Source: Dehalococcoidia bacterium (GTDB lineage: Bacteria; Chloroflexota; Dehalococcoidia; UBA2979). Taken from it: DNA of 64,000 nt. A program made the position numbers and the translations under genes. A model generated the notes under the pieces. The model had not been told where the DNA came from and searched no databases. It saw nothing but the letters and a program-made list of their open reading frames with translations. Positions 9,073 to 20,324 of the stretch are shown in pieces; position 1 is the stretch's first letter, and each line of letters opens with the position of its first letter. The stretch is from positions 64,398-128,397 of the forward strand of contig JAXLWY010000003.1 of the NCBI GenBank assembly GCA_046328255.1, in the 5' to 3' direction.

Positions 9073-10329
9073 ATGAACGGCTTTGAGGCGGACACCGGCA
9101 GCATCGCCTGGATGCTGACCAGCTCCGCGCTGGTGCTCTTCATGACACCAGGGCTGGCGCTCTTCTACGGCGGCATGGTCCGCGCAAAGAACGTGCTGAA
9201 CATGCTGATGAAGAACTTCATCAGCATGGGCATCATCACCATCCTCTGGGTGCTGGTGGGCTACAGCCTCGCCTTCGGAGGCGACGCTCCCTTCATCGGG
9301 AACTTCGACCATGTCGGGCTCCGAGGGCTGGTCGGGGGACACCCGGCGAACGCGATTCACGGCGTCGCAGGCGTCCCCGACAGCGTGATCATGGTGTTCC
9401 AGATGATGTTCGCGATCATCACCCCCGCCCTCATCGCGGGCGCGGTCGCGGAGCGCATCAAGTTCAGCGCCTGGGTCGTGTTCATCTCGATCTGGTCCCT
9501 CGTGGTCTACTCGCCGATGGCCCACTGGGTCTGGGACTTCACCGCAACCCCCGAGGGCGTCACGGGTGGCTTCATCGCCAGCACCATCGGCGCGATCGAC
9601 TTCGCCGGCGGACTGGTCGTGCACATCAACGCGGGCGCCGCGGCGCTCGCGCTCATCCTCGCGCTCGGGCCACGCCTCGGCTGGCGGCACACCATCATCC
9701 GACCGCACAACCTGCCCCTGACGCTGCTCGGGACGGGCATCCTGTGGTTCGGCTGGTTCGGATTCAACTCGGGCTCTGCGCTCACCTCGGGCGAGCTCGC
9801 GGCGTGGGCGTTCGTGAACACGCACATCGCGGCAGCGGTCGCTGCGACGGTCTGGGCACTCGTCGAGAAGCTGAAGACGGGCGCGCCGACCACCCTCGGT
9901 GTGGCCTCCGGTGCCGTCGCCGGCCTCGTCGCGATTACCCCGGCAGCCGGCTTTGTGACCCCGGTGGGCTCGATCATCATCGGCGCTGCCGCCGGGCTGA
10001 TCTGCTACCTCGCGCTCGAGATCAAGTTCCGGTTCAACTTCGATGACTCGCTCGACGTCATCGCGGTCCACCTCGTCGGTGGCATCCTGGGTTCGCTGCT
10101 CCTCGGGTTTCTCGCGAGCACCGAGATCAACACGTTCGCGGGGGGCGTCGCGCAGTTCGTCACGCAGCTCGAGTCCGTGGGCCTCGCGCTCGTCTTCTCG
10201 TGCAGCGTCTCGTATGCCCTCGCGATGGCCATCAAGGCGACGATCGGGCTGCGCGTGACCGAGGACCAGGAGCGCCGGGGCCTCGACATCACCCTCCACG
10301 ACGAGCAGGCGTACGCACTCTCCGAGTAG
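9073..10329 (+). CDS. amtB: Ammonium transporter.
   Basis: 418 aa, multi-transmembrane, Amt family. GGAGG ribosome-binding site 7 nt upstream. Confidence 0.9.
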   Translation: MNGFEADTGSIAWMLTSSALVLFMTPGLALFYGGMVRAKNVLNMLMKNFISMGIITILWVLVGYSLAFGGDAPFIGNFDHVGLRGLVGGHPANAIHGVAGVPDSVIMVFQMMFAIITPALIAGAVAERIKFSAWVVFISIWSLVVYSPMAHWVWDFTATPEGVTGGFIASTIGAIDFAGGLVVHINAGAAALALILALGPRLGWRHTIIRPHNLPLTLLGTGILWFGWFGFNSGSALTSGELAAWAFVNTHIAAAVAATVWALVEKLKTGAPTTLGVASGAVAGLVAITPAAGFVTPVGSIIIGAAAGLICYLALEIKFRFNFDDSLDVIAVHLVGGILGSLLLGFLASTEINTFAGGVAQFVTQLESVGLALVFSCSVSYALAMAIKATIGLRVTEDQERRGLDITLHDEQAYALSE

Positions 10330-10392
10330 CCGGATGCCGAACTCGACCACGGATGATTAGCTGGTGAGCGAGCAAGGAGAAGGAACACCCCG

Positions 10393-10731
10393 ATGAAGAT
10401 GGTCATCGCCTACATCAACCCGTTCAAGCTCGAGGAGATTCGCGACGCGCTGAAGGAGACGGGCGTCACCGGCCTCTCCGCCGAGAACATCCAGGGCTTC
10501 GGTCGCCAGGCCGGCCACACCGAGACCTACCGCGGCGCCGAGTACGAAGTGGACTTCGTGCCCAAGGTCCGCATCGAGGTGCTGGTCGACGACAGTCTTG
10601 CGCCCGCGGTGATCTCGACCATCGAGATGACCGCGCGCACCGGCTCGATCGGCGACGGCAAGATCGCGGTCCTCAACGTCGAGGACGTGATCCGCATCCG
10701 CACCGGTGAACGCGGACGGGACGCGCTCTAG
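10393..10731 (+). CDS. glnK: Nitrogen regulatory protein P-II.
   Basis: 112 aa. T-loop RGAEYEVDFVPK carries the uridylylation/adenylylation Tyr. Located immediately downstream of amtB. Confidence 0.9.
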   Translation: MKMVIAYINPFKLEEIRDALKETGVTGLSAENIQGFGRQAGHTETYRGAEYEVDFVPKVRIEVLVDDSLAPAVISTIEMTARTGSIGDGKIAVLNVEDVIRIRTGERGRDAL

Positions 10732-10752
10732 CCGGGGGCAGGGCGAACCTCG

Positions 10753-13108
10753 ATGGCGACGCGCGAGTCCCTGATCTCCGGGGCACTGACGCCGTTCATG
10801 GAGGCGCGGGTGGCAGCCACCACCCGCGCCTTCGCGCGTCGGGGGCGCTTGTTCAGCCCGCGCGACGCCTGCGACATCCTCTCGGATCGCCTCGACGAGG
10901 CACTGGTCGAACTGACGGCCCAGGCCGAGGCGCACGACGTCGCCGTGGTCGCCGTCGGCGGATACGGCCGTCGCGAGCAGTTCCGCCACAGCGACATCGA
11001 CCTCATGCTGCTCGTGCCCGGCGGCGATACCGCGAGAGCGACGGCCATCCTCTATCCGCTCTGGGACGCCGACCTCAAGGTCGGGCACTCGATCCGCACG
11101 GTCGAACAGGCTGCCGAGGCGGCGCGGGGCAACATCGAGACGATGACCGCGCTGTTGACGGCGCGGCTCGTCGCGGGCGACACCGGCCTGTACACGCGCT
11201 GGCAGGCCTCGTTCACGAAGGTCGTCCGAGGCGACTCGGCTGGATCGAGCAGTCGCTCCGGGCTCAACACGCCGAGACAGCGGTACGTGAGCCGTGGCAG
11301 CTCCAGGAGTTCGACGTGAGCGGGCCGCGGCGGGCTGCGCTCATTCCAGGCCGCGCGCGCTGGGTCGAGCTTGCCCATGCCCGCGTCGCGGGGCGCGAAC
11401 CGCAGCCGCTCGCGCCCCCCATCGAGGGCGCACTCGACGTCCTGATGACCGTGCGTCACGCCCTGCATGCGCTGGGGGAACGCAAGAACGACCGGGCTAC
11501 CTGCGCGACGTCGGCGCCGACGTGGCAACGTTCGAGCGTCCGCGCGTGCCCTCGAACGCGCGCTCTTCGAGGCCGGCCGCGCCATCGACGCCTACGCTGG
11601 CGAGCACCTTGAGCGCGACACCGGGCAGCGTCAGGGCCTGCTCGGAAGGCTTCTGCGGCGCGCGAAGGCGGGGTCTGAGGTGCAGGCGCCCGAACCCGAG
11701 ACAGACCTCGCGAAGCTGTACGCCATGCTCGAGGCCGCGAGCTCGAAGCGCCCTGGAGCCCATGCCGCGCGCGCCCTGGCTCGATCGACTGCTTCCCGAG
11801 TGGGAGGTGCTGCGCTGCCTGCCGCACGTCGCGCCGTTCCACCGCCACCCCGTCGACGTGCACTCGTGGCGCACCGTCGAGGAAATCGGATTCGCCATGC
11901 GCGACGACGCGGACGGCACCGGCACCCCCGAGGCGGCCGGCCACCTGACGGACCGCCGCGAGGTGTTGCTCGCCGCGCTGCTGCACGACATCGGCAAGGG
12001 TCACGAGGGCGATCGCGCCCCTGCGGGCGCCGTGATCGTCGAGCGCTTCGGGAACCGCGCCGGCCTCGATCCCGAGGCCGTGCAACGCCTCACCGAGATC
12101 GCTCGCCTGCACCTCCTGCTCCCCACCGTCGCCACGCGGCGCGACATCGCGGATGCGCAGGTGATCCGCGAGACCGCCGAGGCGGTCGGCGATCCGCGTC
12201 TGCTCCACCTCCCCTCTACCTGCTCGCGGTCGCCGGACGCGCGCGCGAGCGGACCCGACGTCTGGAGTCCGTGGAAGGCGCAACTGATCCGCGGCCTCTA
12301 CCTGCGCGTGTTCGACTCGATGACCCACGATCACGCCGAGGAGGAGACGTACGCGCGGTTGCGCGCGCGGGCTGCGGAGGCCCTCGACGGGCAGTTCGCG
12401 GCCGCCGAGGTCTACGCACACCTCGACCGGATGCGTCCTGCGTACCTCCTCAGCACCCCTCCCGAGGTGATCGGCGAGCACCTCGCGCTGATCCGGCAGG
12501 CGAACCACGGCACGGCCGCCCGCCACGACTCGCTGGGTTCCATCGAGCGATTCACGCTCGTCACGCCCGACCGGCCGGGCATCCTCTCGCTCGTCGCGGG
12601 CACGCTCGCGGTGCACAACGCGAACGTCCTCGGTGGAACCGCGTTCACGCGCGACGACGGCGTGGCGATCGAGGTCTGGCACGTGAACGACGCGCTCGGC
12701 CACGACATCGATGGTCGCCGCTGGGGCCGCATCTTCGAGGCGGTGCCGCGCGCGCTCGCGGGCGAGTTCCCGGTCGCGGAGAGCCTCGCGGAGACCCGTG
12801 CCGCCTACCGGGCGGTGCCCCGCGTGCGCATGGAGACCACCGTCCACGTCGACAACCTCGGCTCCGAGCGGTACTCGATCGTCGAGGTGAACACGGCCGA
12901 CCGGCTCGGCCTGCTCTGGGCAATCACGAACGCTCTCCACGAGCTCGCCCTCGATATCCACCTCGCGAAGGTCGACACGATTGGGCCCGAGGTGGTGGAC
13001 GCGTTCTATGTGCTCCGCGAGAACGGACGCCGCGTGGAGGGCGCCGATGAGATCGAACGACTCGTCCGACGCATCACAAAGGCTGTGAACGACCTCGACG
13101 AGATGTGA
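10753..13108 (+). pseudogene. glnD: [Protein-PII] uridylyl/adenylyl-transferase GlnD, full length but read across four frameshifts between ~11225 and 11765.
   Basis: The nucleotidyltransferase domain (GGYGRREQFRHSDIDLMLL) is intact in frame 1. The continuation reads sensibly only by hopping frames: RLGWIEQSL...HALGERKNDR, then LRDVGADVATFER, then ALERALFEAGRAIDAY...SSKRPG, then PWLDRLLPEW...FHRHPVDVHSW...LLHDIGKG (HD domain) plus ACT domains to 13108. Total length (~785 aa) is conserved. Confidence 0.75.
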
Positions 13109-13255
13109 TGCCGTGCAGGTCCCCTGCGCCCCCCTCGTTTTGACGCGGCGGCGCTGATGCTAGGATGACGCCGCTCCGATCCGGATTCTGAGCCGCTCGG
13201 CCTCGAGTGCTGGATCGAGGGCGAGCCGCTGGGCGCGTGTGCGAAGGGGGACCGA

Positions 13256-14506
13256 ATGCCCGAGGTCAAGGACCTGTACGAGCTCGGCGAGACGCCGCCG
13301 CTGGGCCACGTGCCGAAGCAGATGTACGCCTCGCTGATCCGCGCCGAGCGGTTCGGCCGTCCCGAGGACGCCTTCAAGGTCGAGGTCGTCGACGTGCCGT
13401 CGATCGGCCCGAAGCAGGTGCTGGTCTGGGTCATGGCCGCGGGCACGAACTACAACAACGTCTGGGCCGCCCTCGGGACGCCGGTGAACGTGATCGCCGC
13501 GAGGAATCGCGCCGGGGAGCCCGAGGACTTCCACATCGGCGGCTCAGACGCGTCCGGCATCGTGTGGGCCGTGGGCGACCAGGTGACCAACGTCAAGGTC
13601 GGCGACGAGGTGGTCCTGTCCTGCGGGATGTGGGACGAGAACGCGGCGGACATCCAGGCGGGCATGGACCCGATCATGTCCTCGTCGAACAAGATCTGGG
13701 GCTACGAGACCAACTTCGGCTCGTTCGCCCAGTTCACCCGCGTCGATTACTACCAGTGCTTCCCGAAGGCGCCCCAGCTGAGCTGGGAGGCCGCCGCCGC
13801 CTACATGCTCGTCGGCGCGACCGCCTACCGGATGCTGCACGGCTGGGCCCCGCACGTGGTCCACGAGGGCGACCCTGTCCTCGTCTGGGGCGGCGCCGGC
13901 GGCCTCGGCTCGATGGCGATCCAGATCGTGCGCGAGGCGGGCGGGGTCCCGATCGCCGTGGTCTCCGAGGAGAACAAGTACGAGTTCTGCCTCCAGCTTG
14001 GCGCGAAGGGCGTCATCAACCGCAAGGAGTTCAACCACTGGGGCCGCCTTCCGGACGTCGATGACGCCGCCGCGTTCGCAACGTGGATGCAGGGCGCGCG
14101 CGCGTTCGGGGCCAAGTTCTGGGAGGTCCTCGGCGAGCGAAAGAGCCCGAAGCTCGTCTTCGAGCACCCCGGTGAGGCCACCATCCCCACGTCGGTATTC
14201 ATGGTCGACAACGGTGGCATGGTGGTGATCTGCGCGGGCACCTCGGGCTACAACGCCGATGTCGACCTGCGCTACCTCTGGATGCGCCAGAAGCGCCTGC
14301 AGGGCTCGCACTTCGCGAACCCGGAGCAGTGCGCCGAGTTCAACCAGATGGTGATCGACGGCAAGATCGACCCCGTGCTTTCCGAGGTCTTCCCGTTCGC
14401 CGAGGTGGGCCGCTCCCACCAGCTGATGCACGAGAACAAGCACGCGCCCGGCAACATGGCCATCCTGGTCAACGCGCCGCGCCGCGGGATGACCACGCTC
14501 CCGTAG
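13256..14506 (+). CDS. ccr: Crotonyl-CoA carboxylase/reductase.
   Basis: 416 aa. N-terminus [20 protein letters not shown] and MDR-fold blocks are typical of Ccr. Confidence 0.85.
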   Translation: MPEVKDLYELGETPPLGHVPKQMYASLIRAERFGRPEDAFKVEVVDVPSIGPKQVLVWVMAAGTNYNNVWAALGTPVNVIAARNRAGEPEDFHIGGSDASGIVWAVGDQVTNVKVGDEVVLSCGMWDENAADIQAGMDPIMSSSNKIWGYETNFGSFAQFTRVDYYQCFPKAPQLSWEAAAAYMLVGATAYRMLHGWAPHVVHEGDPVLVWGGAGGLGSMAIQIVREAGGVPIAVVSEENKYEFCLQLGAKGVINRKEFNHWGRLPDVDDAAAFATWMQGARAFGAKFWEVLGERKSPKLVFEHPGEATIPTSVFMVDNGGMVVICAGTSGYNADVDLRYLWMRQKRLQGSHFANPEQCAEFNQMVIDGKIDPVLSEVFPFAEVGRSHQLMHENKHAPGNMAILVNAPRRGMTTLP

Positions 14507-14534
14507 TCGCAGGGCACGCAGCCACCTGACGAGA

Positions 14535-14560
14535 GGGCCACCGCGAGGTGGCCCTTGTCG
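14535..14560 (+). terminator. Intrinsic terminator after ccr.
   Basis: GGGCCACC-GCGA-GGTGGCCC hairpin followed by TTGTCGTG. Confidence 0.5.
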
Positions 14561-15069
14561 TGCGGCGGTTCGCGGACCAGCAGTCGAGCGTGCGCTACTC
14601 CTCGGTGACTCCATCGGCCTTGCGCCCGCGACCCACTCCTCGAGGTCCCCTTGTTCCGCTCCACGATGGGTGGGAACACGGCGCGCCGCTCAACAGGGTC
14701 GTGACCGCTCGCGCGCATCGGGACGTCCGCAGTGGCGCCGTTCTTGATGTGCAGCGTCAGGCGCGGCTCCGCCAGGGTTCGCGTGCAGGACTTCGGCGGC
14801 GGACGCCCACGGCCAGGAACACGCGGTCACCGATGGCGTGCACCAGATCTCCATCCGATGCGTGCGCCTGCTCCTGCGTCGGGTGATGCTGATGTCAGCA
14901 GCAGGGTTGGCGCGGAGCGCCTCGCGGGCGGCGGGATCATCAACGGTCGCTTTCGAGGCGCACGGGCATCGGCCGGACGTCAGGCCTGGCGTGGCGAACA
15001 TCGCGACGCCCGGCGGCCGCCAGCATCGGTCAGCGTCGTGACCAGCCGATCGCGAGCACGAGCGCACTC

Positions 15070-16670
15070 GGACGGAAGGTCCCCCAGGATCCGACGGTCG
15101 TGCGCGCTCCATGAGGGCGAGCAGGAGCGGCGCGATCACGCCGTTCCTGACCAGCCACGTAGAGCGCCTGGATCTCCCGTGACGGGGCTGAAGAATCGCG
15201 ACGCCGCCCAGCGTCGCGGGGATGATCACGCCGTAGAACTGCGGTGCGCTGGAAGGGTGCGGTTCAGTCCCTCGAGCCCAGTCGAACAGCTCTGCGCTGG
15301 CGTAGACGGCCGACCCCGCGAGCACGGGGACCGCGAGGCAGCCCGATACCGATGAGGCCAAGGGCGAACAACATCGAGGCCGCGTTCCCGCGGCGCAGCG
15401 CCTCGGCCGCCTCCGCCGCCGTGCGGATGTCCATCGGACCGCGCGAGTGCAGCGCGGCCGCCGAGGTGAGCACGACGAAGTAGAACCCGATGTGTGCCAT
15501 CACCATGCCGACGCCCACGTCGGCGTCGCCCGCGCGGACCAGTCGAGCGAGACCCGTCGGCGACAACCCTGCGGGATCGATGCCGGGGCGGCCTCCTCCT
15601 CAGTCTCCTGCGCCGTCTGCAGAAGAGGTAGAGGGCGAGATCGTCGTGCCGAGCAGTGCGACCACGGTCGCCGAGGAGGCTGCGTCGGAGACAGCCTCGG
15701 CAGGAGCGTACCGACGAGCGCGGCGCTCAGTCGGGTTGCGCCGCGAACGCTCCGACGACGTGCGCAAGCAGGACGGCGTCAGGGCTTGAGGTAGCGCTGA
15801 ACGTCGAGTACGGCACCACCACCTCGGTGGCCGCGATCCGCCAGTCGAATCGGCACTACGAAGACGCGGCAAGAATGGGCGTGAGGAGGGCGATGGCGGC
15901 GATCGCCCCGAGGTCGGCGGCGATGTTGACGACATTCGCCACGAACAGCAGCGCCACGAGGCCATCAGCCAGCGCCCGTAGTGCCTCGCGATGTTGGTGG
16001 TCAGGCCTCGGCCAGCCGAGCCAGACCGTGCGTGCGCAGATCGACTGCACCGCGTAGTTCATCGGCGGCGGACGACGGTTGCAGACCAGGAGATTGTACG
16101 TGGACCAGTGGCGTTCCGCGATCGTGTAGGTCGAGATCCCGGAGGTCATCGTCGGCCACGCACCGGTGACGAGGCCGGGCCCCAGCCCGTGCCAGCCCGC
16201 GCGCGCCTCCGCGCGATCCGTGCGACGGACCCTCGATCTCGGAGTCGCAGGCGCGATCACGGGCGAGTCTAGAGGACGGCCGTTGTTCGAGGCGACGCCG
16301 CCGCGCGCCGCTACGGCCCGGCGATGCCAATCGGAACGCCGCCGGGCGCGAGCACTCGCGACGGTGACATCGTCGGAGACGCGCTGGGGCGCCTGGAGCG
16401 GCGTCGCTCCGCGGCAACCGCGGCATCGAGGAAACAGCCTGGCAGTCCTCGACGTGGACGAACAGCGTCGTGCGCGGGCCGTCGGCATCCGCCTGCGCGA
16501 TCACCACCACCCTCGGCGGAGTACGTGAAGAGCAGGTAGTCCCGCCGGGTGTCGGCATCGGCGGCTGGAACGCCCAGCCGAGGAACAGTCGCAAGAGCTT
16601 TCCGTCGCACCGGGATCGGTGCTCGCGATGTCGGTGTGGGTGGTGTGCCCACTGCAGCAGGTCCGTCATC
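15070..16670 (-). pseudogene. mntH: NRAMP/MntH divalent-metal transporter gene fragmented by many frameshifts.
   Basis: Minus-strand fragments in different frames match the family: DIASTDPG (like IAYIDPGN), LVALLFVANVVNIAADLGAIAAIALLTPIL, GMVMAHIGFYFVVLTSAAALH (the VMPH..LHS region), AEALRRGNAASMLFALGLIGIGL. No frame is open for more than ~200 codons. Confidence 0.55.
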
Positions 16671-18466
16671 GGAGGTCCTTTCGGCTCCACGTTCGGGTGG
16701 AGGCTAGTCCTCCTCGAGGGGTGGAGGTGTCGCCCTCGGGCAGGCCGAGCTCGCGGGCCTTGAGCAGGCGGCGCATGATCTTGCGGAGCGCGTCTTCGGC
16801 AGGTGATCGAGGATGGTCGATCTCCTCGGCGCCACACCCGGTCCGGGCGTGCTCGCGCGTGGCCGATGAGCTCACGACGCGGCTGGTCCGACCACTCGTA
16901 CCCGTCGTTCCGGCGCGACGAACCTTCACCACCTCCATCGCCACCAGGTCGGGCTTGCGCCGATCACGCCCGCCGCAACTGCGGGATGCTCGATGAGGAT
17001 GCTCTCGACCTCGAACAGCCCGACGAGGTGCCCGGCGGTGTTGATCACGTCGTCGTCACGCCCGATGAACCAGAAGTAGCCGTCCGGCGTCCTTTTTCGC
17101 GCGGTCGCCGGTGATGTACCAGCGCGGACCGCCGTCGGCGTCGTCCTTAAATCGCGAGCTGTAGCGCTCCTCGTCGTGCCAGTAGGCGCGCATCATCGAG
17201 GGCCACGGGACGCGGATGGCCAGCTGCCCCTCCACGTCTGGCTCCGTGATCTCGCGGTACTCGTCGTCGATGACCGCCGGGTGGACGCCGGGGAATGGCT
17301 TGCCCATCGAGCCGGGACGGATGGGAAGCGAGGGGTAGTTCGCGATCCGCGATCGGCGCCGTCTCCGTCTGCCACCAGTTGTCGTGGAACGGCAGCCCGA
17401 ACGCCTCGAGGCCCCACACGACGCCCTCGGGAGGTTGAGCGGCTCGCCGACCGACATCGCGTAGCGCAGACTCGAGAGGTCGAAGCGGTGCGGAATCGCG
17501 ACGCCCGCCTTCATCAGCAGCCGGATCGCCGTCGGCGCCGTGTACCAGACCGTCACGCGGTGGCGCTGGATCAGCTCGAACCACTTCGCCGAGCTGAACC
17601 CACCCTCGTAGATCAGGCTCGTCACGCCGTTCGACCACGGCGCGAACATCCCGTAGAGTGCCCGTGACCCAGCCGGGGTCGGCGGTGCACCAGTCCCCGT
17701 CGTCCGGCTGGAGGTCCTGCACGTACTTGCCCGTCGCGTAGTGCCCGAGGACGGCGCCGTGCACGTGCGACCCGCCCTTGGGCAGGCCGGTCGTGCCGCT
17801 GGTGAAGTGGATGATCGACCAGTCCTCGTTGCCCGTGGGCTCGAGGGGCGCTTCGACCGCGTCCTGCATCAGCGTGGCGTAGTCGAGTGTGGCGCCCTCG
17901 GGACCGCGACGCCCGGCGCGGTCGCCGATCACGATCACCTGGCGCACCGTGGGGATGCGCTCGCGGATCGCCTCGATCTTGGGGTAGAGCGCGGGTGAGG
18001 TGATCACGATCGCGCCCTGCGCCCGGTTGATGCGCTCGGCGATGGGGTCGGGGCCGAACGCGGAGAACAGCGGACAGACGACCGCGCCTCGACGGAGCGT
18101 GCCGAAGACTGAGAAGTAGAGCTCGGGGACGCGGTCCATGAGGAAGAAGACGCGCTCGCCCTTCTCGAGGCCGAGGGTGCCGAGGACGCTCGCGAACTTC
18201 GCGGACTCGCGCCGCATGTCCTCGAAGCTGTAGTTCTCGACGGCGCCGTTCGCGCCCTCCCAGATCATCGCGGTCTTCGCTGGGTTCGCCGCCGCGTGCC
18301 GGTCGACGCACTCGTGGGCGAGGTTCACCACGCCGCCCGGCAGGTCGAGCTCGGCGCGGATTGCGTCCCAGGAGAACGAGGCGAGCAGCGCCTCGTAGTC
18401 GGGCATGTTGGGAGCGGCCTTCAGGGCGCTGACGTCCTTGGCGATCTCCTCGTAGGTGGTGGTCAT
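16666..18466 (-). pseudogene. AMP-forming acyl-CoA synthetase (acetate/propionate-CoA-ligase family) with at least five frameshifts.
   Basis: The first 275 aa are intact from ATG 18466 (GGAGG ribosome-binding site): ...IHFTSGTTGLPKG...CTADPGWVTG. The rest hops frames: MFAPWSNGVTSLIYEGG..., FHDNWWQTETAPIA, GSMGKPFPGVHPAVIDDE...[27 protein letters not shown]..., ...KIMRRLLK... Confidence 0.65.
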
Positions 18467-18619
18467 GCGGTGCCTCCGCCTCGAACGTCCGGGGACTCGA
18501 AACGGGGCGAGTATAGCGAGGGACCGGCGCCTCCCGAGTTGCGAGCGCGGTCCGCTCGACCGGCGGGGCGGCGTACAACGAGAGTGGTGGTAGCCTCGCC
18601 GAGGACGGAGGCGAGTTCG

Positions 18620-19369
18620 ATGGCGGACGCGCGAGCATCGATGGGGCGGGTCCACCTCTGGCTGAGCGCGCAGAGCCTCGTGCTCGTGCTGGCCTCGGCC
18701 AACCGGCTGTCGAACCTCACCACCGGCTACGTGTCGGCCAACGAGTTCCTGCGCTGGGTGGACCTGCTCAACCTGCTGGTGTTCCCGCTCGCGAGCACGC
18801 TGGTGCTGTGGCTGCTCTGGCGCGAGCTGCGCCACAACCCCTCGAGAGTCGGTGGGACCTCGAGGATGGCGCTCGAGCTGGGGTTCATCGCGGGGCTCTA
18901 CCTGCTGGCCGCCTCGTACGGGACGCACGAGGTGACGAACTACATCAACACTCGCTTCTGCTTCAACGGCAGGTCGGGCGTGGACGCCTCGATCGGTCCG
19001 GTCGCCGTGAAGATGTGCGGGATCATCGCCTTCAACGACGACGAGTTCTCGCACTGGGTGTTCTTCACGGGCTTCTCGCTGGTGAACGCGGCGCTGATGC
19101 TGCACCCGGGCGGCCCATCCCTTCGAGGCGAGGACGGGCATCCGCGACCTCGCGCTGCTCGCGCTCAACGGTGGGTTCATCGCACTCGCGATCCTCGCCA
19201 ACCTCGCATTCGAGGAGATCGGGCTCGACCTCGGGTGGTGGTGGGCCTCACGCTCGTCGCGTTCGCGCTGCTCTGGCGCGCCGGGCGGCAGCCGCTGCAC
19301 GTCTACTACGCGATTGCGTACGGCGTGGGACTCGTGGCGACGGTGGCCATCCGTGCGGCGAGCGGGTAG
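18620..19369 (+). CDS. Hypothetical integral membrane protein, with two apparent frameshifts (~19110 and ~19240).
   Basis: GGAGG ribosome-binding site before ATG 18620. Multi-transmembrane: LVLVLASANRL...LLNLLVFPLASTLVLWLLW... A membrane-like stretch FEARTGIRDLALLALNGGFIALAILANLAFEEIGLDLGW is readable only in another frame. Confidence 0.5.
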   Translation: MADARASMGRVHLWLSAQSLVLVLASANRLSNLTTGYVSANEFLRWVDLLNLLVFPLASTLVLWLLWRELRHNPSRVGGTSRMALELGFIAGLYLLAASYGTHEVTNYINTRFCFNGRSGVDASIGPVAVKMCGIIAFNDDEFSHWVFFTGFSLVNAALMLHPGGPSLRGEDGHPRPRAARAQRWVHRTRDPRQPRIRGDRARPRVVVGLTLVAFALLWRAGRQPLHVYYAIAYGVGLVATVAIRAASG

Positions 19370-19394
19370 CCGATCCGCCCGCGCTCGGTATCGT

Positions 19395-19594
19395 CGTCGC
19401 GACTGAGGGGAGTAGTCCACCTCGCGCCCGTCGACATGCCTCTCACGAGGGCGGCGGCGCGGCCCCTGCCCGGGGCGGACGAGACTCTCGGCCCAACCCA
19501 CGCGTGCTGCGTGGCGGGCCGAGGCATGCGTTCCCCTCGCGGCGAACCGCCTCCCCGGACCGAAACGCAGCACTCCATTGACCGTAGGAGTGCC
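19395..19594 (+). promoter_or_regulatory. Candidate yybP-ykoY (Mn2+) riboswitch in the leader of the UPF0016 gene.
   Basis: cuGAGGGGAGUAGucc at 19402..19417 matches the invariant GGGGAGUAG of the L1 Mn-binding loop. A downstream cgucGACAUgcc resembles the conserved uuGACAUacg segment. Position is 5' of a Mn-exporter-family gene. Confidence 0.5.
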
Positions 19595-20164
19595 ATGTCC
19601 GCGTTCGCCCTATCCACTCTGCTCATCTTCGTCGCCGAGCTCGGGGACAAGTCGCAGCTCGTCGCGTTGTGGTTCTCGACTCGCTACCGCTGGTGGATCG
19701 TCATCGCGGGCGTCTCGGCGGCCACACTCGTCGTCCACCTGGGGTCCGTGGCGGCCGGACGCGTGCTGGATGGCCTTGTGCCCGACACGGTGCTTCGTCT
19801 GATCGTGGGGGCGTCGTTCCTCGGGTTTGCGTGGTGGAGTCTGCGCGGCGACACGATGGACGAGTCCGACACGAGGGAACGGCAGATGCCGTACTTCGGC
19901 GCGTTCGGCATCGTGGCGGTCGCATTCTTCATCTCCGAGCTCGGGGATAAGACGCAGCTGGCCACGGTCTCCATTGCCGGGAGCGAGGAGGGCTGGATCG
20001 GCGTGTGGCTGGGATCGACGCTCGGCATGGTGATGGCGGACGCACTCGCCGTTGGTGTGGGACGGACGCTGGGAAGGCAACTGCCACAGCGGCGGATCGG
20101 CCAGGTGGCGGCCGTGCTCTTCGTTGTCTTCGGGGTGATCACGATGGCGAGCGCGTTCGTATAG
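19595..20164 (+). CDS. UPF0016/GDT1-family cation (Mn2+/Ca2+) transporter (TMEM165/MneA-like).
   Basis: 189 aa. Two E-x-G-D-K-[ST] motifs (ELGDKSQL, ELGDKTQL). GTAGGAG ribosome-binding site 5 nt upstream. Confidence 0.85.
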   Translation: MSAFALSTLLIFVAELGDKSQLVALWFSTRYRWWIVIAGVSAATLVVHLGSVAAGRVLDGLVPDTVLRLIVGASFLGFAWWSLRGDTMDESDTRERQMPYFGAFGIVAVAFFISELGDKTQLATVSIAGSEEGWIGVWLGSTLGMVMADALAVGVGRTLGRQLPQRRIGQVAAVLFVVFGVITMASAFV

Positions 20165-20324
20165 AAGCGCGTTCGCGTACAGGGGTGGGCGGCCCGCCTG
20201 AACCGACGCTCGCGAGTCGCAGGCGTGTGCCCGAGGATGACGCGGTGCTTGAGGCCGGCTCGCGCGTCCGACAAGCTCACGGCGTACAGAGACGGCAACG
20301 CGCACCCGCGCCAGGAGGGCATCG

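Noticed and set aside
9067-10350. A 427-aa minus-strand ORF over amtB, and similar long ORFs at 11456..12961, 13544..14614, 22036..23940, 32711..34951, 33694..35550 and 44334..44996.
   Set aside because: All are Arg/Asp/Gly-rich antisense or out-of-frame readings typical of 70% GC DNA. Each overlaps a well-supported gene on the other strand or in another frame.
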